Below, one piece after another: positions 49,979 through 60,279 of a DNA stretch of 64,000 bases. The translations under genes and the position numbers were made by a program. The stretch is from a bacterium (GTDB taxonomy: Bacteria > Elusimicrobiota > Elusimicrobia > UBA1565 > UBA9628): positions 5,582 through 69,581 of the forward strand of contig JAJZJF010000001.1 of assembly GCA_021810245.1 (NCBI GenBank), in the 5' to 3' direction. The first letter of the stretch is position 1; each line of letters opens with the position of its first letter. The notes under the pieces are model-generated. The model saw only the letters and a program-made list of their open reading frames with translations. It did no database searches and was not told the DNA's origin.

Positions 49979-51331
49979 ATGACAAAAACGCTCTTTCTTT
50001 TCTTATCGGGAACTTGCGCCAGTCTCTTAACGCCAATCAATCTCAAGGCCGCCGCGTTCCCCCAACTCTCCAACCCCGCTCCGATCTTGACTCCGGGCTC
50101 AAGCGCCAACGAGCAAGTCTCCAGAATTGAAAAGAAAAAAATCTGGCCTCACGCGGCGGTTTTGCGCGCCCTCTCAAACTGCTGGAAACCCACTTGCTGG
50201 CCTTGGAAGAGCTCGATTTCGGAAATAAAAACGGAAAAAGAGACCGTAAAAAAATATCCCACCCCTATTCCCAAGATAAAACCGACGCAGCGCAAAAAAA
50301 TGCGAGTTCTACTCAAAAATCTAAGTTCCAAATATCCCCAAGATATACTCAAATCTTTAACGCAAGAAAATACTTCTGCCGCCAAGAAAATCAAGATCCT
50401 CAACCGTTTTGACAAGGAACAGACTCTCTTGATCCATCAATACTGGCCCCATTGGAAAGATCCCGCGGCTCAAAATTCCGCCACGCCAATCACTGTTGGC
50501 GGAGGCTCGGGAAAAACATCCGGCGAAAAGAAGAAAAACAAAAAAAACGGAATTTCAGGCGGAACAGGCGCAGGCTCAGGTGGAGGCGGGAGTGGGAGCG
50601 GTAGTGGTGGAGGAGGTGGTGGTGGCGGAGGCGGCGCTTCTTCTCCCAGCTCAAATCAATCTCCAAAAAATTCCAATTCAAAAACCGCTTCTCTTCCGAC
50701 CCCGCCTAAGCCTTCCCCCAAACCAATTCCAAAACTTAAAAAAGCTCCCGCGCCCAAAATCAAAAAATCTACCCCCCAAATCCAACATGCTCCCACGGTC
50801 CTCCCAGCGGCAAAAAAATCGGCCGCGCCAAAGCCGGTAAACTCAAAGCCTCCGCTTCTTAATCCAAAAGCCGCTACTCCCATAAATTCTCATCTTCAAA
50901 AGCCTATTTCCGCATCCAAAGCCAAGAAAAAATCGCCCAGAACTCAAATTCCCAAAAAGAGACCCGGCCTCACGCCCAATTTCCCTCCCTTAAAAAGCAA
51001 TCCGCCTCCCCAAACAGGGAAAAATGCGGCTCCAGGCTTAGGACTGTCGAATCAAAGCGAAAAAACTCTGCCTAAAAGCCTAAAAACTCGAAGGGCCAAG
51101 AACTCATTTCCCCTCGGGGCAGAGACTGCACTGGCACAAAAAGAGACGGCAATCCCGCCAACTAATCCAGCTGTTCCGCAAAACCGTCAGGAAAAAGTCC
51201 AGACTGAGAGCCGCCCCTTGCCCCTTGATTCCATGAGCCCGCCTTCCAAAACCTCCAATCCCTCTCTTTTTTTACTCTCCTCTTCTCTAGGCGCCCTCGC
51301 CATTTTAATTTTCATCCTTTGGATGATTTAG
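49979..51331 (+). CDS. Low-complexity Gly/Pro/Lys-rich surface protein
   Basis: Signal-like N-terminus, poly-Gly tract, Pro/Lys-rich region, C-terminal TM helix. Confidence 0.5.
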   Translation: MTKTLFLFLSGTCASLLTPINLKAAAFPQLSNPAPILTPGSSANEQVSRIEKKKIWPHAAVLRALSNCWKPTCWPWKSSISEIKTEKETVKKYPTPIPKIKPTQRKKMRVLLKNLSSKYPQDILKSLTQENTSAAKKIKILNRFDKEQTLLIHQYWPHWKDPAAQNSATPITVGGGSGKTSGEKKKNKKNGISGGTGAGSGGGGSGSGSGGGGGGGGGGASSPSSNQSPKNSNSKTASLPTPPKPSPKPIPKLKKAPAPKIKKSTPQIQHAPTVLPAAKKSAAPKPVNSKPPLLNPKAATPINSHLQKPISASKAKKKSPRTQIPKKRPGLTPNFPPLKSNPPPQTGKNAAPGLGLSNQSEKTLPKSLKTRRAKNSFPLGAETALAQKETAIPPTNPAVPQNRQEKVQTESRPLPLDSMSPPSKTSNPSLFLLSSSLGALAILIFILWMI

Positions 51332-51391
51332 TCCTTGCCCAAGAAACAATTTAGGACTTGAAAATTTCCTGTTTGGGGGTTATAAAAGGGT

Positions 51392-52534
51392 ATGCGGCTT
51401 TCTCGAGGGCAAATTCTGATACCGGCTCTTTTGATGTTTCCGACTTTAATGCTTTTTGTCTATTTAATATTTGAGACCGCGAAACTCTCCCGAGAAAAAA
51501 TACGCCATCAATTCGCCATTGATTCCGCCGCCTTCGTCGAAATGACCAATTATTCCGATTTTCTCAATCGCACGGCCTACGTCAACGGGGCTTTCCCTAT
51601 GCGCATTTTCTATGAGGGGTTTCATTCGACTCAATTAACCAATCTGGGAAAAAGCAATTGCGATGCCGCCGTCAATCAATACGCGACCGGAGGATCGTTG
51701 GCTCTAGATGATCTTCTCTACGCGGAAGGCGCCTTTCCCCGCGATCCCGCTTACGCCTATAGCGATTCTGAAGCTCCGGGATCTGCCTCATGGAAAATTG
51801 CTTACGACCCTGCTTCTGTCCGCGGCCCTAATCTCAATACTCCCACCCCGACAAATTTTGATTCCTCTAATGCGCATAATGATTCTCAGGGGAAAAACTG
51901 TCAGCAGACCCCATGTCTAACCCTCATCAGCGAACAAACCGCCAATTGTTGGAATATCAATTGGCAGGACGCCACCGAGGTCATGAATCTCTATGTCCAA
52001 ATCTATCAGCTCCTGGGTTCGGTTGAATCCGCGCAATTTTCGGTTTTGCAACGCCTGGCCAATGGACATCAGTTTTTCACCAAATCCTATTGGCTCAATC
52101 TCGGCACTCAAGAAGCCCTCAGCGAAGCCCAAGGGGTTAGTTTTCCTCCGGTCAATTTTATGAGCGGCATCCAAATGCACTGCGTGCCCGCCCTTTTTTA
52201 CTATGCCAATAAACTGATGCCGGGAAATATGTATCAACCATATGGAATATTCAACAACACCCCCGGAACCACTATGACCAGTTCTATTAGCGGATGCGAC
52301 GGGCTTTTTCAATTGGCCAGCGTCAACCCCAGCGTCATTGAATCAGCGGAACAGGGAAGCCCTTACCCTGGATGGCCGGCCTCGATTAGCTGGACGCCGC
52401 CCCAGAATTCTTTTAATGTCCCCCTGAGCCCGGCCCAGGTCCACGCCACCGTGTCTTTGTGGCCAGGAGCCAATGATGAGGCTTCGGTCTGGCCCGATCC
52501 CACGCCCCATTTTCAGACGAGGCTATACCCATGA
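51392..52534 (+). CDS. Tad/Flp pilus-associated protein (TadG-like)
   Basis: RGQ prepilin-like leader, hydrophobic helix, Q.A.DSAA motif. Confidence 0.6.
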   Translation: MRLSRGQILIPALLMFPTLMLFVYLIFETAKLSREKIRHQFAIDSAAFVEMTNYSDFLNRTAYVNGAFPMRIFYEGFHSTQLTNLGKSNCDAAVNQYATGGSLALDDLLYAEGAFPRDPAYAYSDSEAPGSASWKIAYDPASVRGPNLNTPTPTNFDSSNAHNDSQGKNCQQTPCLTLISEQTANCWNINWQDATEVMNLYVQIYQLLGSVESAQFSVLQRLANGHQFFTKSYWLNLGTQEALSEAQGVSFPPVNFMSGIQMHCVPALFYYANKLMPGNMYQPYGIFNNTPGTTMTSSISGCDGLFQLASVNPSVIESAEQGSPYPGWPASISWTPPQNSFNVPLSPAQVHATVSLWPGANDEASVWPDPTPHFQTRLYP

Positions 52535-53049
52535 AAAAGGGGACTGTCCCTTTTTTGGCTTTTAAGAAGAAAAGGGGACTGTCCCCTTTTTCAGGCCAGG
52601 CGACGACCGAAACGGTGTTGCTGTTTCCAATCTTCATGTTTTTTCTTTTTGTCTTCGCCAAAATATTCGCGATGTTAATTTTAGTTCAAAAAATGGAAAT
52701 CGCATCCTACTACGGAGCGCGGCGATGGCAGCTTGAATCCCACAGAAATGAAACCGTGTTTTCGGACAACGGGCTTCAAAGCGACATTCAACAGAAAGTG
52801 AGCTCCTATCTTGGATACGGAAGTCCCTCGCAGAGTTTTTTAGGCTTGGCCCCGACCGGATCCAACGGAGGGGCTTCTTTTCAGTGCACGCCAACTGAGT
52901 TTTGGCAGGTTTGCACGCTCAAAGTTAAAACCCAACCCATTGACATCGCCTGGATGTATCAATCCCCGGGATACACTTTCGAGGTGACAAAATATGTGCC
53001 GCACCGCGACCGTCCAATACCATTTGTCCTTCCGGGAATGGGACCTTGA
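52531..53049 (+). CDS. TadE-like minor pilin
   Basis: GQA.TE..LLFPI...AS..GAR motif. Confidence 0.65.
   Translation: MKKGTVPFLAFKKKRGLSPFSGQATTETVLLFPIFMFFLFVFAKIFAMLILVQKMEIASYYGARRWQLESHRNETVFSDNGLQSDIQQKVSSYLGYGSPSQSFLGLAPTGSNGGASFQCTPTEFWQVCTLKVKTQPIDIAWMYQSPGYTFEVTKYVPHRDRPIPFVLPGMGP
52534..52591. repeat. Two tandem palindromic AAAAGGGGACTGTCCC(C)TTTT units
   Basis: Copies at 52534-52556 and 52570-52591. Confidence 0.8.
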
Positions 53050-53092
53050 TTTTAATGAGAGTCAGTATATTGATATATTCTAAGGAGTTTCT

Positions 53093-54898
53093 ATGATCGC
53101 CTCTTATATTATCGAAGTCGCCGTTAGCATCGCGTTCCTATCTGTTTTGATGCTGTTGATCGGCCCGGGGAAACACGGAAGCCTTAAGGCTCGAATTTGG
53201 CTTTTTTTTCAACGCAATTGGCTGTGGTTTGCGATCGTCGCGGGAGTAATTATATCCATTGTCATCCCCATTTGGTACATGGCCGGAATGGAAGAAAGCG
53301 TGCGCAAATATATCATTGGAATTAATATCGCCTCTCTGCCCTGGGGCATCATCCAAACTCTCGTCTTTGTCGGGTTTCTTTATTTACTCCAATACGGCGG
53401 GGGATTTGCCCAATTCAGAAAATCTCGGGTCAAAGAGGGCCATGTCAATGTCCGGTTTTCGGATGTGATCGGCCTCAATGAGGCCAAAAAAGACGCTTGG
53501 GAAATGGTCCAACTTATTAAGGACCGCGCGGTTCTAAAAAAAGTCGGCGGAAAAATTCTACATGGGATGCTCATGGTCGGGCCTCCAGGATGCGGAAAAA
53601 CGCTGATGGCCAAGGCGATAGCGACGGAAGCCGGAGTCCCATTTTTGTCGGCTTCCGGTTCAGAATTTGTCGAAGTTTTTGTTGGGGTCGGGGCGGCCCG
53701 CGTCAGAAAACTTTTCAAACAAGCCCGGCAATTTTCCAAGGCCTACGGGGCCTGCATCATCTTTATCGACGAATTGGAGGTTCTAGGACGTTCTCGGGTT
53801 TATCTTGACGCCTTTGGCGGAAACCAGGAAGGAAATCAAACCCTCAATCAACTTTTAGTTGAAATGGACGGTCTCAATGACGACGGAAGCCCGATTGTCG
53901 TCATCGGAGCGATGAACGCTCAAGAAGAGGTCTTAGACGCCGCGCTATTGCGCCCCGGACGATTCGACCGCACGATTGCCATCGGACGCCCAAATCTCCA
54001 GGAACGGACCGAAATTTTTGAATATTACGCGAAAAAAATTAATCTTGATCCCGCCATTGATATCGCGCGTTTGGCGAGAAAGGCGGTTTATAAAACCCCG
54101 GCAGAAATAGAAAATATCCTTAAAGAATCGGCCCTAATCGCAACGAGAGACCGGAGAGAAGTCATCACTTATAAAGATATTTCCGCAGCTATTGAAAGAA
54201 TCGAACTCGGCGTCGCCCATCGCCTCAACATGACGCCTCGTGAAAGAGAAATGACCGCGTTTCACGAAGCGGGACACCTCCTTATTCTCTATTTGACGCA
54301 TCCAACCAATGACGTCTTTAAGGCATCCATCATTCAGCGCGGAGGAATCTTGGGCGTCGTTCATTCCATTCCCAGAGAAGAACTCTTTAGTTCGGATATG
54401 AACACGCTCAAAGCCCATATCAAGGTCGCCCTGGGGGGATATGTCGCAGAAAAATTAAGATTCGGAGTGACGACCGACGGCGTAGCGTCGGATTTTTCAA
54501 ACGCGACCAATATCGCCCACAATATGGTTTGGAGATACGGAATGGGCGAAAAGGGATTTGTCGGAGATTACACCCGCATCCCAAAAGAGCAATTATCCGA
54601 AGCTCTCAAAGAGCGCCTCAACGCCGCGACTCAAAGGCTCCTTCAACAATCAATGGAAGAAGTCGAAATGACGCTAAAAACGGAATCGACAATTTTGGAG
54701 CGTTTCGCGCAAGAACTTCTCAAACGCGATGAGCTTGATTACGATGAAATTGTGGCCATTTTCAAGGAATACGGAAAGCCGCCAAAATCTCTTCCCTCAA
54801 GTTCCGAAGTATCCCAGCCAAAAGCGGAGCCAGCCTTGCCCGTCATCGCCAGCAATGAGACCAAAAATCCTAATGAATCTTTAAAGCCGTTAGAATAA
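53093..54898 (+). CDS. FtsH-like AAA+ zinc metalloprotease (divergent paralog)
   Basis: N-terminal TM helices, GPPGCGKT, FIDE, ALLRPGRFDR, HEAGH. Confidence 0.88.
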   Translation: MIASYIIEVAVSIAFLSVLMLLIGPGKHGSLKARIWLFFQRNWLWFAIVAGVIISIVIPIWYMAGMEESVRKYIIGINIASLPWGIIQTLVFVGFLYLLQYGGGFAQFRKSRVKEGHVNVRFSDVIGLNEAKKDAWEMVQLIKDRAVLKKVGGKILHGMLMVGPPGCGKTLMAKAIATEAGVPFLSASGSEFVEVFVGVGAARVRKLFKQARQFSKAYGACIIFIDELEVLGRSRVYLDAFGGNQEGNQTLNQLLVEMDGLNDDGSPIVVIGAMNAQEEVLDAALLRPGRFDRTIAIGRPNLQERTEIFEYYAKKINLDPAIDIARLARKAVYKTPAEIENILKESALIATRDRREVITYKDISAAIERIELGVAHRLNMTPREREMTAFHEAGHLLILYLTHPTNDVFKASIIQRGGILGVVHSIPREELFSSDMNTLKAHIKVALGGYVAEKLRFGVTTDGVASDFSNATNIAHNMVWRYGMGEKGFVGDYTRIPKEQLSEALKERLNAATQRLLQQSMEEVEMTLKTESTILERFAQELLKRDELDYDEIVAIFKEYGKPPKSLPSSSEVSQPKAEPALPVIASNETKNPNESLKPLE

Positions 54899-55481
54899 AC
54901 TGAACCCCTATCGCGGCCAGCATAAGACCCATTAAGCGCGTAATGATATTGAGAACAGTTGGCCCCAGGCGTTTGGCTCCGGAGCTGGAAAAAGTCAAGA
55001 TCAAATAAGACAAGGCGGCGACTGCGGCAATCGTCAAATAAAGAATCCCCCGCCTCCCCCAGCCATGCGCGCGGTCAGACAAAACAATCGCGGTCGTAAT
55101 GGCCCCCGGGCCGGCCAACATTGGAACGGCCAGTGGAGTAATGGCGATGTCTTCTTTCGCCATTCCCTCGCGGGTTTCTTCTTCGGTTTCTTGTAAAGGA
55201 GAGCGCTTGGCGCGAAGCATGTCTAAAGCGGAGAGAAGAACAATCAAGCCGCCCGCAACCTGAAAAGCGGCCAAGGTAATTCCAAAAAGGCTAAAAATTT
55301 CGCTTCCCAAAAGGGCGAAGGCCGTTAAAATCAGCCAACAAACGATGCAGGCCGTTCGAGCGGTGTGCTGGCGATCTTGAGAATCTAATTTTTCCGTCAT
55401 CGCCAGAAACGCTGGAATTGCGGCAAAAGGATCGACGATCGCAAAAAGCGACCCGAAAGTTAAAAGGAAATATCCAACCAT
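54870..55481 (-). CDS. MarC-family membrane protein
   Basis: LFAIVDP, FQVAGG, PLAVPMLAGPG, RLMGL.LAAIGVQ. Confidence 0.92.
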   Translation of the reverse strand: MVGYFLLTFGSLFAIVDPFAAIPAFLAMTEKLDSQDRQHTARTACIVCWLILTAFALLGSEIFSLFGITLAAFQVAGGLIVLLSALDMLRAKRSPLQETEEETREGMAKEDIAITPLAVPMLAGPGAITTAIVLSDRAHGWGRRGILYLTIAAVAALSYLILTFSSSGAKRLGPTVLNIITRLMGLMLAAIGVQFILTALKIH

Positions 55482-55493
55482 TTCACGATTGTA

Positions 55494-57032
55494 TCAAAAC
55501 GCCATGACTATCGATGTTCCCGTCAGATAGACATTGTCTAAGCGGTAGCCGGGCACGCTCGTATAGGTATAAGCGCTGGTCGCAATCCCGTGCAAATTCC
55601 AATAAGAGTATTCGAGCTTGAACCAAAAATGATCGCTGAGCTGCCAATCAATCGCGGCGGTATATTTATCCATGACGGAAGTCGCATAACCGTTTGCGGG
55701 ATTAATCGCGGTCACGGAGGGATATAAGGTATCGTCTAAGGTCTGATTATCCAAGAGGTCTTCCACCGGGCCCCTTCGATACATTTGGTTATAGACCAGA
55801 ACGCCCATGACGTCTTTGCCGAATTTAGGATGGCGAATCAGAGGAGCCGAGGCCTGAACGAAATACCCGTAATTTTCCTCCGCGCTTTCCCCCAATAGAG
55901 AATTACAACCAGTGGAGGTCCCCGCAGACAAACAGGGAGGACCGGAAGCCTGAAGATAATTCCCATTGGATTCAAGCGGAGCTATAAACTGAGTGTAACT
56001 GTAAATGCCTTGTCCTGAAAAATTAAGCCCGAGATAATCGAAACTCCAGTCCACTGAATAAATTTGATAGTTTAAATTCCCCTCTAGGTTGTACTGCCCA
56101 TCCATCCCGGACAGGTCCATCGTAACGCCTTTTAAATCGGAAGCGCCTTCCGGAAAAGGCCAGGGAAAACGCAAGTCTCCCAATGCCCAGACCAAGCGCG
56201 CGCCGACCGATTTTTGATTATTGTTGTCGGCCAAATTATTGTCCTGATGCCCAAAATCAATATTGGTTCCATTGCCGGGAATGGGAGGAACGCCAAGGTT
56301 TCCGGTGTTTGGAAAAGTGCGCAGGCGATTATTAGATTCCCCCAAGCCGTTGACCACATAAAAAGTGATCTCATCGGGAATCAGAGGGTTTTTAATGGGA
56401 GGATAGAAACTCGTCCGCGCTCCGATGTCGGTATATCCAATACTGACCGGAGGAGTTGGAGAGTTAGCGCGAACGACAAAGCCGGGGTTTTCCGGCGAAA
56501 CCATGGATAACGGCTGCGTAATCGTCAGATAATCTTCCGGGCGATAAAGCTCGTTATAACGCCCGAATGGAACGATGAATTTCCCAAGCTGAAAATCCCA
56601 ATTCTGAATTTTCTGATAGCTGAAATTAAGTTGATTGAGCTGAATGGAGCCCTGCCCAGTTGTTGGCATATGCCACTCGGCTACGATAGGAACGCTATCG
56701 ACGATCGGCCCGTTAAAACCCGCGTACATTCCCCCCATATAAACATCGTCTTGAACCTGCGTTTCATAACCGGGATAGCGGGGGCCAATATTAATCCAAT
56801 CAAGGGACATGCTCCCCGTGGGACGCAATCGCGAAAAGTGCGCGAGAAAACTATCCACGGCTCCTGATTTGGAACCCGAGGCTGAGCCCGTTGAGAGGTC
56901 CGCCGAAAAACCGATCGCTTGAGAGGCCGAGACAAGGCAAAAAATCAACCAAAAAGCGCAAAGGGCTATTTCTTGACAGCGAGAGAGAAAAGAGCTAACA
57001 TGAAAGCGTCGCATCGTTTTAAATCTTATCAA
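55494..57032 (-). CDS. Hypothetical outer membrane beta-barrel protein
   Basis: Signal peptide, GKFIVPFG motif, DNN..KS.GARL, C-terminal Phe. Confidence 0.6.
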   Translation of the reverse strand: MIRFKTMRRFHVSSFLSRCQEIALCAFWLIFCLVSASQAIGFSADLSTGSASGSKSGAVDSFLAHFSRLRPTGSMSLDWINIGPRYPGYETQVQDDVYMGGMYAGFNGPIVDSVPIVAEWHMPTTGQGSIQLNQLNFSYQKIQNWDFQLGKFIVPFGRYNELYRPEDYLTITQPLSMVSPENPGFVVRANSPTPPVSIGYTDIGARTSFYPPIKNPLIPDEITFYVVNGLGESNNRLRTFPNTGNLGVPPIPGNGTNIDFGHQDNNLADNNNQKSVGARLVWALGDLRFPWPFPEGASDLKGVTMDLSGMDGQYNLEGNLNYQIYSVDWSFDYLGLNFSGQGIYSYTQFIAPLESNGNYLQASGPPCLSAGTSTGCNSLLGESAEENYGYFVQASAPLIRHPKFGKDVMGVLVYNQMYRRGPVEDLLDNQTLDDTLYPSVTAINPANGYATSVMDKYTAAIDWQLSDHFWFKLEYSYWNLHGIATSAYTYTSVPGYRLDNVYLTGTSIVMAF

Positions 57033-57053
57033 ACAAACAGGGAGAAGAGTTCA

Positions 57054-57368
57054 ATGGCTCATGTCATCAACGAAGCCTGCTTAGGGGAAGTGTACGCTTC
57101 ATGCGTCGATGTCTGCCCGGTTGAGTGCATTCATCCGGGAGATTACAAGGGTCAGCCGTTTATGATCATTGATCCAGAGGTCTGCATTGACTGCGGCGTC
57201 TGCCTCCCAGAATGTCCGATTGGGGCGATTGTCGGCTCGGTTGACGAATCTCCAGAATGGGCCAAAGTTAACGCCGAATTAGCCCCTTCTTTTAAAAACA
57301 ATCCGAAAACAACGCCGCGTCCGGCCAACGATACGCCCAGGAAAGCCACTAACAAGTTGGTCAAATAG
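57054..57368 (+). CDS. Ferredoxin (dicluster, FdxA-like)
   Basis: C......CVDVCPVECI and CIDCGVCLPECP. Confidence 0.9.
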   Translation: MAHVINEACLGEVYASCVDVCPVECIHPGDYKGQPFMIIDPEVCIDCGVCLPECPIGAIVGSVDESPEWAKVNAELAPSFKNNPKTTPRPANDTPRKATNKLVK

Positions 57369-57375
57369 TTTTTGA

Positions 57376-59373
57376 TTGATCTCTATAAAAAGGCGAGTCG
57401 GCTTTTTGGGGGTCGGCGTTTTTTTGCTTCTCTTCGCGCCACGCGCTAAGGCTATGAGTTATACCTATCTGTGCCGAGCCCCGCTAGATTGGAAAGGCGC
57501 GGTTCTCTCGGGTCTCAAACCCATTCCATTTGAAGAAGGCCTTTTTGAAACCAGCGCCAGCTCTTCGGTTTTTCTGTCTCGGGTTATTTCATCCCCGATT
57601 CCCTTCGATCAGTTGATAGGTTCATGGAACGCAATTGTGCCTCTCCACAATTCTCTGCGGATGGAAGCGCGCGTTCAAATAGGAAATCGCTGGACGCCCT
57701 GGTTTATTCTTGGAACTCAAAAAGGAGCGCTTTTCTTCTCGCATAAAAGCGAAAAGAAATCTTCTACCGCCTTTGTCGATATCGACACTCTAAAACTAAA
57801 AAAAAGCTCTCGCGTTTTTCAATACCGCGTTTTATTCTCATCTCCTAAAAAACCGACGATTCTAAAACTTCTCGCCGTTAACGTCTCAAACCCGGAAGGA
57901 TACCGCCAAAAACCGCTTCCATTCAAGCCCGGCCCCTGGGTCAGGGAGCTCAAGGTTCAAGCCCGCTCTCAAATGCAGGAAGAAAAGAAATATCGGCGCA
58001 ATGTTTGCAGCCCCACTTCCCTGGGAATGGCGCTTGACTATTGGAAAATTCCCATTAAAACCGCAAAAATCGCCGAAGCAGTGCGGGATCAGACAACCCT
58101 TAATTTCGGAGATTGGACGTTTAACACCGCTTTTGCCGGCTCCTTGGGCCTTTTGTCATATGTTTCACGCTTTAACGACTTAAGCGAAGTCGAGAAAGAA
58201 ATCGCAAAAGGGCGGCCCGTCATCGCCAGCGTTTCTTTTAAAGCCGGAGAAATGCCTCGCGCTCCCATTCAAAAAACGGCGGGACACCTGCTTGTGATCA
58301 TCGGATTTACAAAAACGGGAGACGTCATCGTCAATGATCCCGCCGCGCCTAACGCTTCTTCCGTTAGACGAGTCTATCCAAGAGCTTCTTTCGATAAAGC
58401 CTGGAGAACTAACAAAAGAGGATTGGTTTATCTCCTCAGTACCCTTCAAGGCCTCTCGGCCATCATCGGAGTCCCGGTCTCGGATTTAATGTCTCAGCCG
58501 ACGCCCAAACTAAACAAGCTGAAAGTAAAGCTTGATGATCCAAAACACCTCTCGCAACTCCTCTATGGCGAGAAAATAACGATTTTAAAGGCCAAAGGCC
58601 AATGGGTTGAGATCGCGGCTGACGAACAAATGGATTTTAGAAATGGCCGCTGGCAGGGATATCAAGGCTGGGTTCAGGCTAAAGATATCTCCTTTGCCTT
58701 AAACCCGACCCCTAATTCGGTGGTCAGAATTAGGCAAGCCATTTTACACCGCGGCCAAGAATTTCTAAACCTATCGGTTGGCACCAGGCTTAGGAAACTT
58801 GGAAATAACGGCAGCCTTTCCATTGTTCAGCTTCCAGACGACACAACCGCCGAGATTGATTCCAGCGCTCTCTATCCTTCCCAGGATACAATAGACGCCC
58901 AGAGCCGAGCGGAAATTATCCGCACCGCCGAACTTTTTCTTGGAACCAGTTATTACTGGGGCGGCAGATCCGGAGTTCAACCCGACCTCTCCATCGGGGT
59001 TGATTGCTCGGGGCTCGTCAACCTCGCCTACCGGGTCATTGGAATCGACATCCCCAGGGATTCTTTCGCGCAAAAGCTCAAAAGCCTTCCAATTAACAAC
59101 ACGGAACTCAAAACAGGCGATCTTATTTTCTTAACCGATCCTAAAAATAAAAAACGCATCAGCCATGTCATGATATATACCGGCGGAGATGGATTTATCG
59201 AAAGCCGAAAATCATCCGGACAGGTTTTGCGCTCCTCGTTTAAAGAGAGATTTGGCCGTCCCTTGCGCGAAATTGCCACGGGTTCCGAAGTCACGGACTA
59301 CTCCTACCCAAGGCCCAAGAAAAGATTTATTTATTTTGGCTCTTATTTGGATCAACCACTTCATCCAAATTAA
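57376..59373 (+). CDS. Exported fusion of peptidase C39-like, SH3-like and NlpC/P60 domains
   Basis: SQM...VCSPTSL.M, GHLLV, VNDPAA; SQLLYGE; Y.WGG...DCSGLV...HV. Confidence 0.8.
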   Translation: MISIKRRVGFLGVGVFLLLFAPRAKAMSYTYLCRAPLDWKGAVLSGLKPIPFEEGLFETSASSSVFLSRVISSPIPFDQLIGSWNAIVPLHNSLRMEARVQIGNRWTPWFILGTQKGALFFSHKSEKKSSTAFVDIDTLKLKKSSRVFQYRVLFSSPKKPTILKLLAVNVSNPEGYRQKPLPFKPGPWVRELKVQARSQMQEEKKYRRNVCSPTSLGMALDYWKIPIKTAKIAEAVRDQTTLNFGDWTFNTAFAGSLGLLSYVSRFNDLSEVEKEIAKGRPVIASVSFKAGEMPRAPIQKTAGHLLVIIGFTKTGDVIVNDPAAPNASSVRRVYPRASFDKAWRTNKRGLVYLLSTLQGLSAIIGVPVSDLMSQPTPKLNKLKVKLDDPKHLSQLLYGEKITILKAKGQWVEIAADEQMDFRNGRWQGYQGWVQAKDISFALNPTPNSVVRIRQAILHRGQEFLNLSVGTRLRKLGNNGSLSIVQLPDDTTAEIDSSALYPSQDTIDAQSRAEIIRTAELFLGTSYYWGGRSGVQPDLSIGVDCSGLVNLAYRVIGIDIPRDSFAQKLKSLPINNTELKTGDLIFLTDPKNKKRISHVMIYTGGDGFIESRKSSGQVLRSSFKERFGRPLREIATGSEVTDYSYPRPKKRFIYFGSYLDQPLHPN

Positions 59374-60250
59374 TTCCAAGGAGCGGCCACTTGGAACTTT
59401 CGTATCTGGAAAAATATTCCAAGGCTGGAACGTCTTTAACGACGCTATCAAAAGCCGCGTGGCGAATATAAGTCTCTCCCCCCTTCTGGATGATAAACAC
59501 TTGATGGGAAATCAAAACCGGCTTATCTAAGCGATCGGCGCGAACGAGATTGGCGATAGTCCCTGAGGGAATTTGCGCCAAGCGCTCCTCGAAATCACGG
59601 ATTGGCAGATAGGGAATTTGAGCTTCTTCATCCGGCATTGATTCTCCGAGTCCGCGCAAAGCTTGAAGCAAATTCTCTTTTTCCTCAGGCGACATCTTTG
59701 GAAAGCCTGTAATGTCTGATATTTTTTTCTCCCGATACCATTTTTCTTTTGATATCCACTTTGAGGCCACCTCGACATCCGGTCCGGCGATGCGGGCGGT
59801 AATATCTTTGATAAACCCAGCGGCAATATTATTGGGAATCCAATCGACCGAAGGAAAATGATTTCTTGTCTGATAAGAGACGACCCCGCCTTTATAACGA
59901 ATGCGCTTTAAAATTTCCTTGGCTTCATTGAGGTCGCGCGCTAAAGATAAAGCCATCGTTTCCTCGACAAAGGTCGTGCAGTCAACCGCGGAAAACGAAA
60001 TAAGAGGTTTGCGGTCAAATTCCCCGCGGGAGCCTTCGCCCAAAGGCCCCAAGCGATAAGGGATCCCCAGAAAATGCGCGCTAATCTCAACTATTCGTTG
60101 GGAAACCCGCGGATAATTTTTATGAATTTCTGAAATCGTCTGGTTAATTTCGCGATTATTCATCCGGTCAAAAGACTTGTTCAAAGCGCTCTGGGCCGTA
60201 CAGTCCCAACAGAGAAAAATTAACGGAATAAACAAGGCCTTAAATCTCAT
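59327..60250 (-). CDS. DUF1460 (AmiA-like N-acetylmuramoyl-L-alanine amidase)
   Basis: FLG.PY, VDCTTFVE, RY..G.VSY..RNHF, SH, RHA; start set at MRFKALF. Confidence 0.8.
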   Translation of the reverse strand: MRFKALFIPLIFLCWDCTAQSALNKSFDRMNNREINQTISEIHKNYPRVSQRIVEISAHFLGIPYRLGPLGEGSRGEFDRKPLISFSAVDCTTFVEETMALSLARDLNEAKEILKRIRYKGGVVSYQTRNHFPSVDWIPNNIAAGFIKDITARIAGPDVEVASKWISKEKWYREKKISDITGFPKMSPEEKENLLQALRGLGESMPDEEAQIPYLPIRDFEERLAQIPSGTIANLVRADRLDKPVLISHQVFIIQKGGETYIRHAAFDSVVKDVPALEYFSRYESSKWPLLGINLDEVVDPNKSQNK

Positions 60251-60279
60251 GTTCCCAACCTCCTTGACGCGTTCGCGGC

